Made by a program: the position numbers and the translations under genes
The notes under the pieces: model-generated
What the model was told of the DNA's origin: nothing
The model's input: the letters and a program-made list of their open reading frames with translations, nothing else
Databases searched by the model: none
Shown: positions 61,053-64,000 of the stretch, piece after piece
Layout: the number at the start of each line of letters is the position of its first letter
How positions within the stretch are numbered: the stretch's first letter is position 1
Assembly: GCA_043228905.1 (NCBI GenBank)
Contig: JBHGNT010000004.1
Location: 6,386,001 to 6,450,000 of the forward strand
DNA length: 64,000 bases
From: Azolla caroliniana
Lineage: Eukaryota > Plantae > Polypodiophyta
Direction of reading: 5' to 3'

Positions 61053-64000
61053 CCAAGAAAAGAAAATGCAGTGGGCACTGAGAATCGAACCCTTGACCTC
61101 TCCTCTCCTCTTAAAAGCCTTCTCTCTTCCTTCTCATTCAATAAAAAGTACAAAAAAACACACACATAGCTGGGCCAGCCGGCTGGCCACGAAGAACCGA
61201 CCCGAGACCATGGACCACGGTGGTGGTCATCGGGCCACTCAATGTCCGCTATCATGCCCTACCCGAAATATGTGCACTCTTTGTTCGCCCTCTTGCTCCA
61301 TTTTGGTCATTATATCTATCTATATCGATCTATCTATCTATCTATATAATATATATATATATATATATAAACATTTGCTTGAATTGGTGGTTTTCTTTTG
61401 GCCCACTGAGCGGATCGGCATGCATATTATCCCCCCCCCCCCCTGCTTGGATCCTTCTCGCCCTCCTTTCCTCGTGTATTTATGCCCCACCAATAACGTA
61501 TCACGCCTTCGAGTGCAACTCTGGATGGGACCTCCTCTTCTGATTTAATAAAAGTGTTTTTCACGAGGTTTTCGCCTGTATTGGACCGATTTCCATTTAG
61601 ATTCCAACCTTTTTGTAATGTGTTTTTTTTTTAATAAAAAATAATTTGTTCATGCTTCGGTTGTAAGATTGTTGATGCATTTACGGCTCATGCCATGGCT
61701 TTGTTAAATGATGGCCCGCCATGTAATATGTTGAAGGCGTAAAAGAAAATCAAGTGTCGAATATGTACATATCACTTCCACCAAAGCATTCATGTAATGG
61801 TCAGCACCAATCATGTTAAGCCTAAAGCAAACATTCAAGGTGTATAAAAAACCTACTCATTAGGAGATTAATTTAATTGACATGGCCCATCAAATGTCCA
61901 TGTTTTGAAAGTTGAACCAGATGCTTATTTTCTAATGTTATGTTTTAAGGTTAATATTGGGGGGGGGGGGGGGGGGGTCAGTTAGTGTTTTGGCAACCAA
62001 ATTTCCAATAATGTTTTTGGGAAATGTGGAGAAACTCGCATTATTCTCGAAAGAACACCATAGGTTCTTTTGTTCTTTTATATGCACTTTGATCAATCAC
62101 CCTATTAGGTGCAGAAGTTGTGATATTTTCCATGTCTTTTCCCCCTCACCCTTTTTACAATAAATATAAAACATGAACATCATCAAATACACTGGACAAT
62201 GAGGATAAACTATCAAATGGCCTATTCTTACATAATTATAAATTCATACAAAGTATTGTGAGGACACTAACTTGTTTGCATGTCATTGAGCATTGGAGCA
62301 ATAGATAAATATTAATCTCGAGATTAATCCAATAAATTACACATGCTTGACTTAGGCCCTCCAACCCTATTAGATATAATTGTCATAAAGGAACATTTAA
62401 CCCCCATTAATAACATTTCGACTAATTGATCATATGACTATTATTGCATAGATATTCGCTAATCCAATTGACAAAGAGACATTTGTATGTTGTCTTGGGG
62501 AGTCATTTATTGAATCTATTGTTTTTCTTTTCTAGAATGAATGACACATTGGTGCTAGGATTGACATAGCACCATGTCTACACACTTTTTAACCAATAAA
62601 TTCTATTGTCACATTGGAGAGGGTTAGTGATGATGTGGGGCTCAAAAACCTGTCAAATGATAACCTATTAAAAACCCACGCTTTGTTGTTCTCCTTGGAG
62701 ATACACATATTTGTTCAAATTAGAGGTTAAAACAAAGAGCCTCTTAACTTAGCTTCTATAAAATGTTGGAATATTCATGATATACGTAAAACAAATTTCT
62801 AAGCATTTACATAAGTCTAGACATTTCCTAAATCAAGAGAAGAACATAATATAAATATGTCTAAAAGCCATGTAAAGCATGAGAAGAACTTCTTGGTCTA
62901 AGTGTCGTATGGAATTGTCCATATAATGGTTCAAAGTAAAGTTTGAACATGCAAAATTTGTCTATATTTAGACTAAAGCGAGCATAAAGTAGGGAGATAA
63001 AAACATTTGAAATGCTTTAAGTTTGATTCTTACTTTATTTTCTTAAGAGAAAATTTGCCGCAATACCTCTACTAGTTTGCAAAATTCTCAAAATAATTCT
63101 TGAAAAGAGAGCTCACTCTTTCATTTTCCTCCAAACTTTTAAAACCTCACCGAGTCCTCGTTCCATTTTACTTTTCCAATCCCCACAATGTTTGTCTTTC
63201 TCTTACTTTTTCTCCAAATATATTTAGAGAGGGAGGGAATGTTTGGGTGATTTGGAAGGAGGGATGTGGGAGATTTGTCGGAAGTAGAATTTTGGGAGTT
63301 GGACAAGTGAGAGAGCAATCTAACAATGGGAGGAGAGGTAACTTGTAATTTGTTAATTTACAATATTCTATGAAGTATGCCTTGAGAATTTCATGAACAA
63401 TAATTATGAATATATTGTCTTCGTTGTTGGATCTTAACCATGTAACAAATTTGTGAGCATATAATGGCTATACATCCTTGCATATTCAAAATTTGGATAA
63501 GGTCGATGGCATTCAACTAGAAAATTGTAAGATCATAGTAAGCTTAAGTTGAGCAAAACTCAACTCGCCTTTTATGCACTTCACAAAGTTTGGCATTTAG
63601 CAAGTTTTAATGCCCAATGCCCATCACATATGTATATTTTGTCAATCAAAGTTAGGAAAACCCAACCTTTAAAATCGAATTGCAATTGTTCAAACTTTCA
63701 CAATGGGGTTGATATGCAATTTTGTTGCTTTATGTAAAGTGGATTAAAAGCATTCATGTAACATCGAGTAAAATGTACAATAGTGCAAGTTGCAACCAAT
63801 AAAGAGCAACATCAAACCATATATTTAAAGATATATTGTAGTAGTGTCTACTTCTTTATACCTGCAAGATGTGGACATCTCTATGCTCTCTCAGTACACG
63901 CAAGTGATGTCGTGGTTGTGATACAAAAGGTTCCTTCTACCCATCTCAAGAGTAACAAGTTAGGTATTCATAACAAAACGTATGAATAAATTTGACTCTT

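Noticed and set aside
61100-64000. Short ORFs in the AT-rich terminal region
   Set aside because: There are no recognisable motifs or splice-consistent exon chain, so it is treated as promoter/intergenic DNA.

Overview
Eukaryotic, plant-type genomic DNA; the transposon content suggests a seed-free land plant such as a fern, but that is inference. Bases 1-47100 are a nest of decayed retroelements: two LINE remnants (one reconstructable across three later LTR insertions), seven Ty1/Copia pieces from about five families (two complete with LTRs, PBS and target-site duplications), an internally deleted chromovirus, and two complete copies of an unusual non-chromodomain Ty3/Gypsy lineage (23032-30029 minus; 33566-41598 plus). 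Bases 49323-61000 hold two convergent intron-containing host genes: exosome subunit RRP40 and a PICC/PICL-like tail-anchored coiled-coil protein. The main discovery candidate is the Gypsy lineage. Both diverged copies share a tRNA-Trp primer site, 4-bp RCGT target duplications, and a G_GAU_UUU -1 frameshift site followed by a covarying H-type pseudoknot between gag-protease and pol. One copy also carries an antisense tRNA-like (Pol III A/B box) cassette in both LTRs. All calls were made by eye, with no searches run.
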